Part shown: in pieces, positions 1 to 10,368 of the stretch
How positions within the stretch are numbered: the first letter of the stretch is position 1
How the letters are laid out: the number at the start of each line of letters is the position of its first letter
Virus record (IMG/VR): IMGVR_UViG_3300004369_000002
Coordinates: 40,840 to 104,839 of that record
From: a virus
Reading direction: 5' to 3' (one strand)
Length of the DNA stretch: 64,000 bases
Program-made: the position numbers and the translations under genes
Notes under the pieces: generated by a model
Database searches by the model: none
What the model saw: only the letters and a program-made list of their open reading frames with translations
What the model was told of the DNA's origin: nothing

Positions 1-2
1 AT

Positions 3-650
3 GAGACCGAGCGAATGATCGCTGGCTTTGGCACTGCACTTGACCCGCTGGAACAAGGGATGGCCACATTCAATAACAATATCAACTTGTTGATTGCTGC
101 AGTCGGCGGCAACCCGAGCGGTTCTTCATCTAGCGCGACGACAACCAGCACATCGACGGCTAGGAACACTAGGACTGGACGGGGGCAAACAGATGGCGAT
201 ACATCATCGCCCCGATGGAATATCTTGCAGACACTTGGCAAACACTCGTCATTTGATATGGGTATCGCCGGAACGCGACAGATTTCATCTGGGCTGCGTA
301 ACTACAATCTTGGCTCCTTGTCCTCCGATCATGCCATGGGACGCGCCTATGACCTGACCGGACAAAACCTTGGCGCATACCAGTCAGCAGTGCGGGCAGC
401 AGGAGGCCTGGCCGAGTTCCATGGCCGAGGTGGAAGCCGTCATCTACACGTTGTTCCTGGCGCTGGCCCGGTCGGTGACAGTGCGACGCCATACATGGGA
501 GCGCCCTCGGGAGGCGGATCGATCACAACCAACGATTCATACAGCATTGTTGTGAATGCGACGCCAGGCATGGATGTCAAGCAGTTGGCAGATGAGGTCA
601 TGAGCCGCCTGGAACGCAAGCAGCGCGACATGTACGAGAGGCGGCAGTAA
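3..650 (+). CDS. C-terminal part of tape measure protein with M15/LAS-type Zn-peptidase-like domain (5'-truncated)
   Basis: Frame is open to the window edge. SDHAMGRAYD...HLHV fits the HxxGxAxD...HxH peptidase signature. C-terminus IVVNATPGMDVKQLADEV is typical of TMP ends. Directly upstream of baseplate genes. Confidence 0.75.
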   Translation, partial: ETERMIAGFGTALDPLEQGMATFNNNINLLIAAVGGNPSGSSSSATTTSTSTARNTRTGRGQTDGDTSSPRWNILQTLGKHSSFDMGIAGTRQISSGLRNYNLGSLSSDHAMGRAYDLTGQNLGAYQSAVRAAGGLAEFHGRGGSRHLHVVPGAGPVGDSATPYMGAPSGGGSITTNDSYSIVVNATPGMDVKQLADEVMSRLERKQRDMYERRQ

Positions 651-1372
651 TGGCTAGTCAGTCGTCAGATCTTCGTAAGATTCGTGTTACGCCGCAATTA
701 GCGCGAGTGAGCGCGGGCGTCCCATCTATTCGCACACGCAATAACTCAGTCGCTCAGAAAGCATTGATCAAGTACCCGCAGATGATCGCTGCAAAAACTC
801 AGGGTACAGAAGAAGAACTGGAGTTCACATTCCCGTTCCCTCCACAGTCTGTTTCGTATCGCGATTTAGCGCCGGAAATGTCGCAGATCGCGCGCCCTGG
901 ACGTACACCAATTGTTGCTTTTAGTCGTTACAAGGCACGCCAGGTGGATCTACAGTTTTTGGTTGCCGTGCCCACAGATGGTCTTTTTATCGATGTTGAA
1001 AACGACGTGCGGCTTTTGCAGTTTATGGCGGCAACCGGTCGTCCAGTTTGGTTTTACAACTTTGACAAGTTTCTTGGCAACACGTTCTCGGAAATTACAA
1101 TCGGACAGATCACGTTTTTTTGGACGATCACCGATCTGAACTTCACGTCAATTCGTCGTAATTCGGCGCAAAGAATTGTGCAGGCAGAAGTATCGATGAG
1201 TATTGTTGAAAATAACAATCCAAAAATTGTGGTTGCGCAGTTGCCGAAGATCACTTACGGGGAGAATCCTCCCGCTAGATCAAATCGTCCGAGCACCGCT
1301 CCGCCAGAGCAGGAGTTTGTGGAGTGGACTGACGTTTGGGAGACGGGCAACTCGCGAGCAGGATCCCCCTAA
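650..1372 (+). CDS. Tail tube initiator / baseplate-associated protein
   Basis: Lies between TMP and hub; FPFPPQSVSY...IARPGRTP and WTITDLNF...RIVQAEVSMSIVE resemble tube-initiator folds. Confidence 0.55.
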   Translation: MASQSSDLRKIRVTPQLARVSAGVPSIRTRNNSVAQKALIKYPQMIAAKTQGTEEELEFTFPFPPQSVSYRDLAPEMSQIARPGRTPIVAFSRYKARQVDLQFLVAVPTDGLFIDVENDVRLLQFMAATGRPVWFYNFDKFLGNTFSEITIGQITFFWTITDLNFTSIRRNSAQRIVQAEVSMSIVENNNPKIVVAQLPKITYGENPPARSNRPSTAPPEQEFVEWTDVWETGNSRAGSP

Positions 1373-1374
1373 AA

Positions 1375-2955
1375 ATGAGTTCGTTCATTCCGATCGATAA
1401 AGACTTGTTCCAGATTGGTGATATTGCCACCAATGTTATGAATGACATATCTGAATATGTTTCATCGTTTGATGTGTCGTTTAGTATGGATGGAACATCA
1501 GAATTGGCGATTGAGATAGTTGACCCGAACTTCCAGTTTGGAAACAATAATTATTTCCAGATTCGACGTGACATCTTGTACAACCGCAATATGTTTGAAA
1601 TTGCGGCAGTCGAAGTTCGTCAATCCGAGTCAGTTCATCCGGTGTACCGCATTCAGGCTAGGAATAAAGCGGTTCAGATGATGAAACGTGATAAGACGCC
1701 GGAAGCGTATCGCGGCACGTCAGCATCGGATTATGCCAGGACCGTAGCGAAACGGTTCAACATGGATGTCGTTATTGAGGAAACCGCCAAGAAGCAGTCC
1801 ATCGTGAAAGGGCGGAGCGGGAAAAATGACGAGTCGGTTTGGGACGTTCTTCAACGGTCAGCCGGTGATGCGCAGTTCGTGTGTTTTGAAGTGGACAACA
1901 TTCTCTTCTTTTGTTCTCAAACGTTCCTTCTGGGTAAATGGGGTGACCCTAAGTACAAGTGGGGTGATGGGACGTTTGTTCCTTATGGGTGGCCGAACCC
2001 AAACGAAGAAGCGTTTCCGGGAGCCACGGAAAAGTACATGTTGATCGACATGCCGACGGTTCGCCGTTCGGACGACAATCCAATGGATGCTGAAGGCATG
2101 ATAAATGTTGAGCGAACCAACGGGCGTTTGCTTCGTCCGGGTATGACGATCGTATTGACTGGCATCCCAGATTTTGAGGGTTTCTTTCTTATTGACTCGG
2201 TTGATTTTGCGGAAGGTAGCCCGGACCCGGTTCGGATTTCGTTTAGGACACCTGTCAAGCCGAAAGAGGATCAGAAGAGGAACACTGGAACATCGCAAAG
2301 TAGCCAGAACAGCGGTGGAGGTTTGGCTCCTACTGCTTTGCCGACAGATATTGCGAACAAGATTCGTGATTATGTTTCGCGAAATTATCCTCGGGCCGAG
2401 TTCACTACGCCTGATGGGTTTGCCCAAAAGATAATGGCCGCAGCCAATGAGGCGGTGGCGTGGGCAACGTTCATTTATGTCAACGGTAAGACTGTTGCTC
2501 AGCAGAACGAGTTGCTGGAGAAGTATGCGACTTCGCTGGCCGGAGGTAAGGGCAATATTCGATGGAGGGCAGTTGCGAGCGTGAAGTCGTTGTTAAGAGG
2601 GAGCACGATCAATGCGTTGGCTCAGGCTTATGCTTCGGCGTTGCCTTCGTCGGCGTACAACGGGATTGTTCGTTACTTTTCCAGTCAGGCAGTGGCGAGC
2701 GAACGAGACCGACTGGTTCAACTGGCCAGAATTGATGCGTACACTATTTACAAAGCGACTACCAAGTCAGAACAAGACAAACTTTTCACTAAGTTCAGAA
2801 ATCAATACGGCACTAACAGCCCCAGTTATCTCGTTCTTGTTAATATCAGAGGCACAATCTCACGAACCGGAACCACAAATCTGGACAATGCATTCCCACC
2901 AACCACGCTAGTGGGTTCCTCCAGAAGTGGTGGCGGCGGAATCTCTTACAGGTGA
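1375..2955 (+). CDS. Baseplate hub protein (gp27/XkdQ-like) with duplicated C-terminal helical extension
   Basis: ESVWDVLQRSA...FEVDNILFF and LRPGMTIVLTGIPDFEGFFLIDSV are hub-like motifs; gene order. ATG at 1375 preferred over the longer called ORF. Confidence 0.7.
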   Translation: MSSFIPIDKDLFQIGDIATNVMNDISEYVSSFDVSFSMDGTSELAIEIVDPNFQFGNNNYFQIRRDILYNRNMFEIAAVEVRQSESVHPVYRIQARNKAVQMMKRDKTPEAYRGTSASDYARTVAKRFNMDVVIEETAKKQSIVKGRSGKNDESVWDVLQRSAGDAQFVCFEVDNILFFCSQTFLLGKWGDPKYKWGDGTFVPYGWPNPNEEAFPGATEKYMLIDMPTVRRSDDNPMDAEGMINVERTNGRLLRPGMTIVLTGIPDFEGFFLIDSVDFAEGSPDPVRISFRTPVKPKEDQKRNTGTSQSSQNSGGGLAPTALPTDIANKIRDYVSRNYPRAEFTTPDGFAQKIMAAANEAVAWATFIYVNGKTVAQQNELLEKYATSLAGGKGNIRWRAVASVKSLLRGSTINALAQAYASALPSSAYNGIVRYFSSQAVASERDRLVQLARIDAYTIYKATTKSEQDKLFTKFRNQYGTNSPSYLVLVNIRGTISRTGTTNLDNAFPPTTLVGSSRSGGGGISYR

Positions 2956-3392
2956 CAATCGTGTACAACCTCATTTCCCCAGATAAAGCCGCTTCCGTTG
3001 AACTGGAGAAAAACGGCCTATTTGTCGGCACCGTTACCCTGGTTGAGGACAAGAAGGTGTACGTAGAGATTCCCCAGTTGACACCTGGGTTCAGTTACGG
3101 GCCCTGCATGGTGGTTGCCAACAACCTGAATGTGACGCTGACACGCGCTACGGCTGTAACCGAGACGGTTGAGACAACGGGAAGTGCGATCGTTTCGGTC
3201 TCGGGCGGGGGAACAAGTCCTGTGACGTCGACGTCATCGACTTTCGTCAAATCCGTAAGCGACAACACAAATGAGTTTGTCGTTCTGGTTGACATCGAAA
3301 TGGTTGTTCCGCCCGTAGGAAGTTTGGTTCTCTGCGGCTTCCTCAACAACAGCCTGGACGAAATAATCGTCCTCGGATCCATACTCTCATAG
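2952..3392 (+). CDS. Baseplate spike-like protein (gp5/gpV OB-fold)
   Basis: GLFVGTVT...VYVEIPQL...GP and PPVGSLVLCGF...IIVLG; follows the hub gene. Confidence 0.6.
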   Translation: MTIVYNLISPDKAASVELEKNGLFVGTVTLVEDKKVYVEIPQLTPGFSYGPCMVVANNLNVTLTRATAVTETVETTGSAIVSVSGGGTSPVTSTSSTFVKSVSDNTNEFVVLVDIEMVVPPVGSLVLCGFLNNSLDEIIVLGSILS

Positions 3393-3418
3393 CCCTCTGG
3401 GCGTGGCAAAATTAAAGA

Positions 3419-3715
3419 ATGGACACCTTGCGCATTCCACTTCGTTTTCGTAACGGTGAGGCAGAAAAACTCACCGAAGGCTCAGACGAATACTTTGCGC
3501 AACTCCTGGCCCTGACCGCCCAAATTTTGCCCGGTGAACTGCCCCTGAACCCCAACTACGGGGTAGACGACCCCACGTTCAGTGAAGCGGCCCGTCGATC
3601 TTTGGCTTTCGTAGCAGGGGCTTTTATCCCAGAAATCGTATTGGAAAACGTAGAAATTATTGACACAGACTCGGGCAGGTCACAAATTGACATTGCCTTC
3701 ACGGTAAGGACCTAA
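3419..3715 (+). CDS. gp25-like baseplate wedge / sheath initiator
   Basis: 98 aa; PGELPLNPNYGV matches the gp25 GE...P.YG motif; lies before baseplate J. Confidence 0.75.
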   Translation: MDTLRIPLRFRNGEAEKLTEGSDEYFAQLLALTAQILPGELPLNPNYGVDDPTFSEAARRSLAFVAGAFIPEIVLENVEIIDTDSGRSQIDIAFTVRT

Positions 3716-3716
3716 A

Positions 3717-5150
3717 ATGCCGTCTCCGGATTTCAGCGAATACATTGACCTCACCATCAACGACCTCCAACCGGAGGACGTTTACAACGGTGCCGTCGAA
3801 TACGCCAGGGAGGCACTGCCGGAATTTGATCCTCGGGCAGGGACCGTTGAAGATGCGCTGCTTCAGGCCATGTCATATGTGTCTGGCGAGGTTATGGGGG
3901 CTATCAACCGTTTGCCCAATGGTTTGATGGAAGGCATTTTGCGGTTGATGGGTTTTGCCCGCTCCGAAGACACCTTTGCAACTGGTGCTGTTATTTTCAC
4001 AACGATTGACGACACGGGATTGTCGATCCCCGCTGGAACCCAAGTCGCATTCACCGAAATCACAGCAACAGGCAGCATCCAGCACATCTTCGAAACAACC
4101 GAGAGTGCACAAATAAGTTTCGGATCCACCACCTCATCCGCCGTTCCCATGGTCGCAATTGATACAGGAGAAAAACCGGCAATTGCTGACGGAGATGGGA
4201 TGATCATCTTAACCGCCTCTAACAAACTGTTTTCAGCAGTATTTTCTGGTTCCCTTACGCAAGGAGCCGTCGGAGAATCAGATTCCGACTACTTCCAGAG
4301 AGGCGTACGTTACCTGCAGAGCCTTTCCAGCGCCCTCGCCACACCCACACAAATAGCCGCCTATGTCCTCACAAACTATTTAGAGGTATACAGGGCGAAC
4401 GCCATTGATTTAAGTGACCTTGATGAACTGACAGGAATCACCATCTTCGAAAGTGGAGGCCTAATTGGGGCATCTTTGACACCCAACGTGACCACGGTTG
4501 CCCCCGTAGTCAACCCAGGCGACCTGATTCGGATTTATGGGGCGACACCGGAATATTTCAATGGCATATTCGAAATTGACAGCGTTGACCCGTATCCGGG
4601 TTCGACAATCTATTTCAGTAACACCGTTGGAGCATCGTCCGGCGAAACACACAGCGGCACGTACACCTTGGAACTGTTGGAAGGCTTGAAGAAAACGACA
4701 GCAGACAATCTGGGGTCAGTGACAGTGGTGGTCAACAGCGTCGAAGCCGGAGACCTAACAAACACATATAGAAACACCATTAAGAGTGGCGTTTCTCAAA
4801 AAATTATTGGGGGAATAAGCCTAAAGGTAGTCAATGCCCTCATCCTTGATTTTGATGTCAATATTACGATTGGTCTCAGATCTGGCTATGCGGAACTTGA
4901 CGTGCGAACAGCAGTCGATACCGCAATCACCAACTACCTCTCCCCTCTACAGTGGGATTGGTCTGACGAAATCCGTTTGACGACATTAACCACTCTCATC
5001 GCCGAAATCGGAGGCGTTGACTACGTGGATAGTGTCTCCATGACGCTTCAAGCAGGAGAACTGCTTGCTCAGCAGTTGGTTAACGGAAACATCCAATTCC
5101 TATACCACGGCATGCTGCCTCGCGCATCTGTAACGGTAGGCGTGGTGTGA
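3717..5150 (+). CDS. Baseplate J-like protein
   Basis: ATGAVIFT...IPAGTQV...FET, GESDSDYFQR, and C-terminal IAEIGGVDYV. Confidence 0.85.
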   Translation: MPSPDFSEYIDLTINDLQPEDVYNGAVEYAREALPEFDPRAGTVEDALLQAMSYVSGEVMGAINRLPNGLMEGILRLMGFARSEDTFATGAVIFTTIDDTGLSIPAGTQVAFTEITATGSIQHIFETTESAQISFGSTTSSAVPMVAIDTGEKPAIADGDGMIILTASNKLFSAVFSGSLTQGAVGESDSDYFQRGVRYLQSLSSALATPTQIAAYVLTNYLEVYRANAIDLSDLDELTGITIFESGGLIGASLTPNVTTVAPVVNPGDLIRIYGATPEYFNGIFEIDSVDPYPGSTIYFSNTVGASSGETHSGTYTLELLEGLKKTTADNLGSVTVVVNSVEAGDLTNTYRNTIKSGVSQKIIGGISLKVVNALILDFDVNITIGLRSGYAELDVRTAVDTAITNYLSPLQWDWSDEIRLTTLTTLIAEIGGVDYVDSVSMTLQAGELLAQQLVNGNIQFLYHGMLPRASVTVGVV

Positions 5151-5151
5151 T

Positions 5152-6633
5152 ATGGCCCACGAACTTGATGACATCGTAGATGGACCGCTGACAAGCAACA
5201 AACTGTCGGGAGATAACGCGAGTTTTGTGACTTCAGTCGGAGGCTGGACTTCCACCAACTCCAACCTTGCACCAGAATTCGATTTCAAAAAATACGACAA
5301 CATCAACTCCCTGAAAATAACACCAACCGCATATGACCCAATCGTTCTTTCATTGAACGGCACAAACACTTCTCTCAGGGAAGCGAACGACAACATCGAC
5401 CTACATTTTTGGATGTGGTCCACTAATGACGTTCTGGTGACGGTGGATCTATCTCTTGGATCGGACGAGACTTCAACCATCTCCCAAACATACGCTGGGG
5501 GAATATGGAATGTCGTACGAGCAAACCCGATCGATGTTCCACTGTCCTCTGAAACATATCCGATAGGTATAACCATCACTCTAACTAATCATGGTGGCGG
5601 AGCCGTATGGCTTTCAAACCCGGTCTTATACCAAGAATATAATTTCACTAGAAATCGGTTCGTAAGAGAAACCGTACCTTTGATACCCCGCATTTTCACG
5701 GAACTGGACAAGATTCAAACTCGTCCCACGTTCCCCATGTATCGGATGATGGAAATTGGCTTGGCATACGCCGGAGTCGCATTCGAACAACAGGAACATT
5801 TCAGATATCGGGATGTGGCAGGAGGAAAAAAAACTGCCAACCGCGAGACGTTGAGTGGGTTGGTCGACCCAACAGTTGCTGATGTAGCCATTCTTCCGTG
5901 GCTTTCCCAGTTCACGGGAACTCAGTACATCGACCCCACTATCCGCACAACACCATGGGGCAACCTGCCCGAGACCTGGCTGCAAGTCATGCAGGACATC
6001 GACGAAGCAGTCGACATCGTTCTGAACGTCACCTCTTTGACCCGTACATCAAACGTAGTTTCAGCAGTTCTAGATGGCGACGTCACAGACTACGCGATCG
6101 GCCAAACAGTTCTTGTTAGCGGTGCTGGCACATTTGATGGGCAGTTCTTAATCACAGGACAAAATATTGGGACATCTACTATCGAATGGTCGCAGGACGG
6201 CTCAGATGACACCATTTTGACAGGCACAGTGTCTCTCGTTGATCAATCGTGGATTGAACTGGAATCGTTCCGAATTGACATCACGAACCGTGTTGAGTTC
6301 CTGCGTTGGCAGGTGGAAAACCAGTATTACGGGGTGAGGGCTGGAACTTTGGAGGCTTTGGCGGAGGCCACGAAGTTTTACCTGAGCGGCACTAAGACTG
6401 TCAACATTTTTCCGAAGCATCAAGGCGTACCGTTTTTGATCAAGATCTTCACGAAAACGTCGGAAACCCCCGGTGGTGTAGAAGGTGAAGAGTCCTTGGA
6501 ATTAGCCCAAGCCCTACAGAAAGCAAAGCCCGCAGGGTTTAAAATAGTCCATGAATGTAATAGCGATGGAACGGATTCGCTATTTGTTTTGGGTAGTTCA
6601 ACTGATGGACTTTTGTCTAGCAGTCTTCTGTAA
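5152..6633 (+). CDS. Baseplate wedge / tail protein I-like
   Basis: ILPWLSQFTG, RAGTLEAL and KPAGFKI motifs; follows J. Confidence 0.65.
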   Translation: MAHELDDIVDGPLTSNKLSGDNASFVTSVGGWTSTNSNLAPEFDFKKYDNINSLKITPTAYDPIVLSLNGTNTSLREANDNIDLHFWMWSTNDVLVTVDLSLGSDETSTISQTYAGGIWNVVRANPIDVPLSSETYPIGITITLTNHGGGAVWLSNPVLYQEYNFTRNRFVRETVPLIPRIFTELDKIQTRPTFPMYRMMEIGLAYAGVAFEQQEHFRYRDVAGGKKTANRETLSGLVDPTVADVAILPWLSQFTGTQYIDPTIRTTPWGNLPETWLQVMQDIDEAVDIVLNVTSLTRTSNVVSAVLDGDVTDYAIGQTVLVSGAGTFDGQFLITGQNIGTSTIEWSQDGSDDTILTGTVSLVDQSWIELESFRIDITNRVEFLRWQVENQYYGVRAGTLEALAEATKFYLSGTKTVNIFPKHQGVPFLIKIFTKTSETPGGVEGEESLELAQALQKAKPAGFKIVHECNSDGTDSLFVLGSSTDGLLSSSLL

Positions 6634-6642
6634 GGAGTAGTT

Positions 6643-7383
6643 ATGGCTGGTGCAGGTTTTCGAACATGGGTAGACGAGGAGCCTCTATATGCGGCTGATG
6701 TCGTTTCGTATCTCATGGAGCAGTCGGTTATGGTGTTTGCGTCCACGAGTGCCAGAGATGCCGCAATCTCTGTTCCGACGGAAGGAATGATCTCCTACAC
6801 CAAGGATGACAATGTGATCCGTTACTTCGATGGGACGTTGTGGAATGCCATTGGGGAGATCACTGGTGGCTCAGGTATTTCGGTTTCAGAGTCAACATCG
6901 TCGTTCACAATTTCGTTGAATGTTGATGCTAAGGGTGATTTGCTGGTTGGTACCGCCAACGACACGGTGGCTCGTATCCCTGTCGGTTCCGATGGTCAGG
7001 TTTTGACTGCCGCGTCAGGAGAGACAACTGGTGTGGCTTGGCAAGATGGCTTCACTTATGCGTCGCCTTTAACAACACAGACAAAGTCAGCGTCTTACAC
7101 GCTTAGTTCTGCTGATGCCGGAAAGTTGTCTTGGATTGATACAACCGCTGGTGATGTGATTATTACGCTCCCTGATGGCGCTACAGATCCTGGCTTGGAT
7201 GACGGTCACCAATTCATGTTTCTAAGTATCAGTTCTGCGAACGATGTTATTTTCCAGGGCAATGGCACATCAAATGTCGTTAGTAAAAATGCCTTTCTGA
7301 CCATGAAGGGCGCATATCATGCTGTAACAGCAGTATTCTACGCTACATCTGATACTTGGATTCTGGTAGGCGATCTGGGATAA
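6643..7383 (+). CDS. Tail fibre linker protein (AKGD repeat; C-terminal W.L.GDL domain)
   Basis: VDAKGDLLVGTANDTVARIPVG...GVAW; ends DTWILVGDLG. Confidence 0.65.
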   Translation: MAGAGFRTWVDEEPLYAADVVSYLMEQSVMVFASTSARDAAISVPTEGMISYTKDDNVIRYFDGTLWNAIGEITGGSGISVSESTSSFTISLNVDAKGDLLVGTANDTVARIPVGSDGQVLTAASGETTGVAWQDGFTYASPLTTQTKSASYTLSSADAGKLSWIDTTAGDVIITLPDGATDPGLDDGHQFMFLSISSANDVIFQGNGTSNVVSKNAFLTMKGAYHAVTAVFYATSDTWILVGDLG

Positions 7384-7385
7384 TC

Positions 7386-9014
7386 ATGCCTAACTTCTCC
7401 TATTATCTAGCGTCGCAGGCTGTTTCGGGTCGTGAAGTCAATGTGTATCTTCTCGTTCATCGACTTGATACGACTGGAACCAACAAATTAACGGATCTTG
7501 TCAATGTTGGCCCGTACGATGTAAATGGTCGCGATACCTATGATCAAGTGGCGCTAGGAATAAAAAATGATGGAGGTTTTGATTCTGATGGTCCATTTGA
7601 TTACTGGCATATTTACGCGCCCCATAGTCGTGGGGACTCATTCTGGGGTCCTCTAAGTCCAACTGCAAACTTCAACATCAGTGCACCGCAATACGACGGA
7701 GTTTACAGCGGTGGCGCAACATCATCAGAGCCAACAACAAGACTCACAGCGCTCAATCAAAACATGCATGTGTATCAGGCTCTGGCTCAAGAAGTTATTG
7801 CCAATAACGACTATGACATGGTTGTTCTGGCGTGGATGTACGACGACCTGGTTTTGGGGCCGCTTATTGGTGTGCCACTGTATCAATGGGGAAGAAAAAT
7901 TACTGCTGGTTCAGGGGACAGGTTTTTAAGTAATTTGTATTTTGACAATTGGAATACATACCTCTACTGGGGTTTGCACGGCACTACCACATCGCTAGGT
8001 CAGACATATATGTACCTGCGAAAGTACAACCAGTCTGGCACATTGATCTGGCATCGACGATTGCAGTCAACCGTAACATCGCCGACTCGTAATCAGATGG
8101 GAACCTTGGCGGGTTTTGACACTGGCCGAATAGTCGTGCCAATTACTGTTGCCGCCTCGTCCACGGAATACAAGTTTGGCCTTGCTTATTATGACGCGTC
8201 AGGCAACCTAGAGGCGAACTCTATTTACTACTCTTGGGACAGCCCTGCTGTGAGTGGCTATGCGAGTCCAGCATCATCAGTAGTTTCGTCGCGCCCAGCG
8301 TGGGATCGACAATATTTTGGTTGGCACTGGTATGACTTTGATTACACTCAGGCTCAAACAAATTTCATCGCGGCACTTGGAGCCAGTGTTGGCACATTCT
8401 TTTTCACGCAGACCACCGCACCAGGTTTGATGGTGTCTGGTGCCATTGAGACTCTTGGTTCTGATCCGGGCGATGCAATTTTCCTCTGCCTTAACGATGA
8501 AACAGGGTTTGCTGCCACATCGCTTGTTTTGATCAAATTGGATTTTGACGGTGATGTTATTTGGCAAAGAAAACTCACTGTAAGAGGGCAGTATGAAACT
8601 GGTGGCGCAGTCACCAGTGGAACAACAACGATTTCCCAAGCGAAAATTAACTGGCGTGACGAAGAGGGATTTTCCTTGGCCCTCACAGTGAAGGAAGAAT
8701 CCGGCTGGGGTGGGGATCCCGACTCTCCGGAAATTACCGCTTTCATGTCTTTCCCCTCTGATGGTTCGGGATTGACGGGAGAGTATGTCAAACTTGAATT
8801 TGATCAGGGATTCAACTCAAGCCTAAATCCTCTGGTGTCACTAGCGTATAAATATGAAGAATCAAACTTTGTGTTTAGTGAACCAGTATTGATCAGCGAG
8901 ACTCAAGTTGGGGCGACGAGCGCTACCACCAACCCGTTTAGCCAAACTAATGTCACATCTAGTCCAACGAAGACTGAGTTTTCGGTTGAATCGGCGAACG
9001 GAGTGTATCGATGA
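7386..9014 (+). CDS. Putative receptor-binding / beta-propeller-like structural protein
   Basis: Repeats LRKYNQSGTLIWHR and LIKLDFDGDVIWQRK resemble propeller blades. Confidence 0.5.
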   Translation: MPNFSYYLASQAVSGREVNVYLLVHRLDTTGTNKLTDLVNVGPYDVNGRDTYDQVALGIKNDGGFDSDGPFDYWHIYAPHSRGDSFWGPLSPTANFNISAPQYDGVYSGGATSSEPTTRLTALNQNMHVYQALAQEVIANNDYDMVVLAWMYDDLVLGPLIGVPLYQWGRKITAGSGDRFLSNLYFDNWNTYLYWGLHGTTTSLGQTYMYLRKYNQSGTLIWHRRLQSTVTSPTRNQMGTLAGFDTGRIVVPITVAASSTEYKFGLAYYDASGNLEANSIYYSWDSPAVSGYASPASSVVSSRPAWDRQYFGWHWYDFDYTQAQTNFIAALGASVGTFFFTQTTAPGLMVSGAIETLGSDPGDAIFLCLNDETGFAATSLVLIKLDFDGDVIWQRKLTVRGQYETGGAVTSGTTTISQAKINWRDEEGFSLALTVKEESGWGGDPDSPEITAFMSFPSDGSGLTGEYVKLEFDQGFNSSLNPLVSLAYKYEESNFVFSEPVLISETQVGATSATTNPFSQTNVTSSPTKTEFSVESANGVYR

Positions 9015-9331
9015 GTCTTTACATGGATCCGAATGGGAATTTTCCTCGTCATTCAGGTGATGTTCGTCTTGCTAATGGTCGTTGGAAGAAGGGTGATCCT
9101 CTGCCTGACGGTTGGAGGGAAGTTACCCAAACTCCCCCGCCACAGGTTCCAGGCAAGGTCGTCACATACGGCATTCCAGTTGAGGTTGATGGGGTACTCT
9201 CCACCACCTACGAACTCGTTGACATGAAGCCTAAGTCAATTGCGGATTTGAGCGATGACGAGATTCGTAAGGCATTGGGTCCGGAAGCCTATAGGGCTTA
9301 TCAGGAACACCTAGAATCTAAACTACAATAG
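9011..9331 (+). CDS. Small fibre-associated / chaperone-like protein
   Basis: Start overlaps upstream gene (ATGA); LPDGWREV...PP motif. Confidence 0.5.
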   Translation: MSLYMDPNGNFPRHSGDVRLANGRWKKGDPLPDGWREVTQTPPPQVPGKVVTYGIPVEVDGVLSTTYELVDMKPKSIADLSDDEIRKALGPEAYRAYQEHLESKLQ

Positions 9332-9351
9332 TTTCAGTGCAGGAGTAAAAA

Positions 9352-10368
9352 ATGACCGTTTCCCAGACAACCCGATTTGGTATCTACCGCTGGAGTGAAG
9401 ATACTGATGCCTTCACGCGTCAGCAAATGGACTCTAGCCACGACTCCATCGAATCAAAAGGGGCCATTTTTACCTCGGGGACAACAATCCCTGCACCAAA
9501 CCCCGAGCACGCCCGATCGTTCTTCTTCAAAACAGACACCCAAACGCTCTACTACTTCAACGGCACAGATAATACGGGGTCGTGGGTGGCTATCGGCCAG
9601 TTCGGAAACACAGGCCAAATGGCCACTCTCGCATACGGCCAATCGAACAGTGCAGGCGTCGTCGATGCTGTGGCCCGAATTGACCATGTCCACGAACTGC
9701 CCACGATTGACACGACGGCTCTGATCCCAAAAAATATTTTGACAAGCAAGGGCGATCTGATAGCCGGAGCAGGTCCCTCAACTCCAACAGTTCAGGGTGT
9801 GGGTGCGGACGGCCAGTTTCTGAAGGCTGACTCCTCATCGGCGACAGGTCTTTCTTGGGGAACCGTAGTAACGACTGGTTTTCTGTCATCGACCGTGGTC
9901 GACGCGAAGGGCGATTTGCTGGTTGGAACAGGAAACGACACGGTTGCTCGTCGTTCTGTTGGGACAAACGGCCAACTTCTTATTGCCGACTCATTTCAAT
10001 CAACCGGCTTGCGCTGGGGGAATGATCCTCAGTTCCAGAAGTACAGTGAAGGCTTGCTTTCAGTTGGCTCCTATTCTGGTTCCACTGTCGGCGATCAGGC
10101 CAACGTGTATTACATTGAATTGGGATCCAGTCAAACGTTGACCCTGTCTGCAGGTGTTGCGACAGCAAATACTGCGTATTCGCTGTCCCTGATCATCAAG
10201 AACACGGCAGCCAGCGTCACAATGACTTTTCCTGCTTCGGTGAAATGGCCCAACGGCACGCGACCGACAGAAGATACAGGTCTTAACAAGACGAACCTGT
10301 GGACACTGATCACTTACGATCAGGGCACTACCTGGCTTGGCTTTTTGGCAGGACGAGGGTTCTCGTGA
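9352..10368 (+). CDS. Tail fibre linker protein (two AKGD repeats; C-terminal FPASVKWP...TWLG domain)
   Basis: ARIDHVH motif; two KGD repeats; SD AGGAG. Confidence 0.65.
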   Translation: MTVSQTTRFGIYRWSEDTDAFTRQQMDSSHDSIESKGAIFTSGTTIPAPNPEHARSFFFKTDTQTLYYFNGTDNTGSWVAIGQFGNTGQMATLAYGQSNSAGVVDAVARIDHVHELPTIDTTALIPKNILTSKGDLIAGAGPSTPTVQGVGADGQFLKADSSSATGLSWGTVVTTGFLSSTVVDAKGDLLVGTGNDTVARRSVGTNGQLLIADSFQSTGLRWGNDPQFQKYSEGLLSVGSYSGSTVGDQANVYYIELGSSQTLTLSAGVATANTAYSLSLIIKNTAASVTMTFPASVKWPNGTRPTEDTGLNKTNLWTLITYDQGTTWLGFLAGRGFS

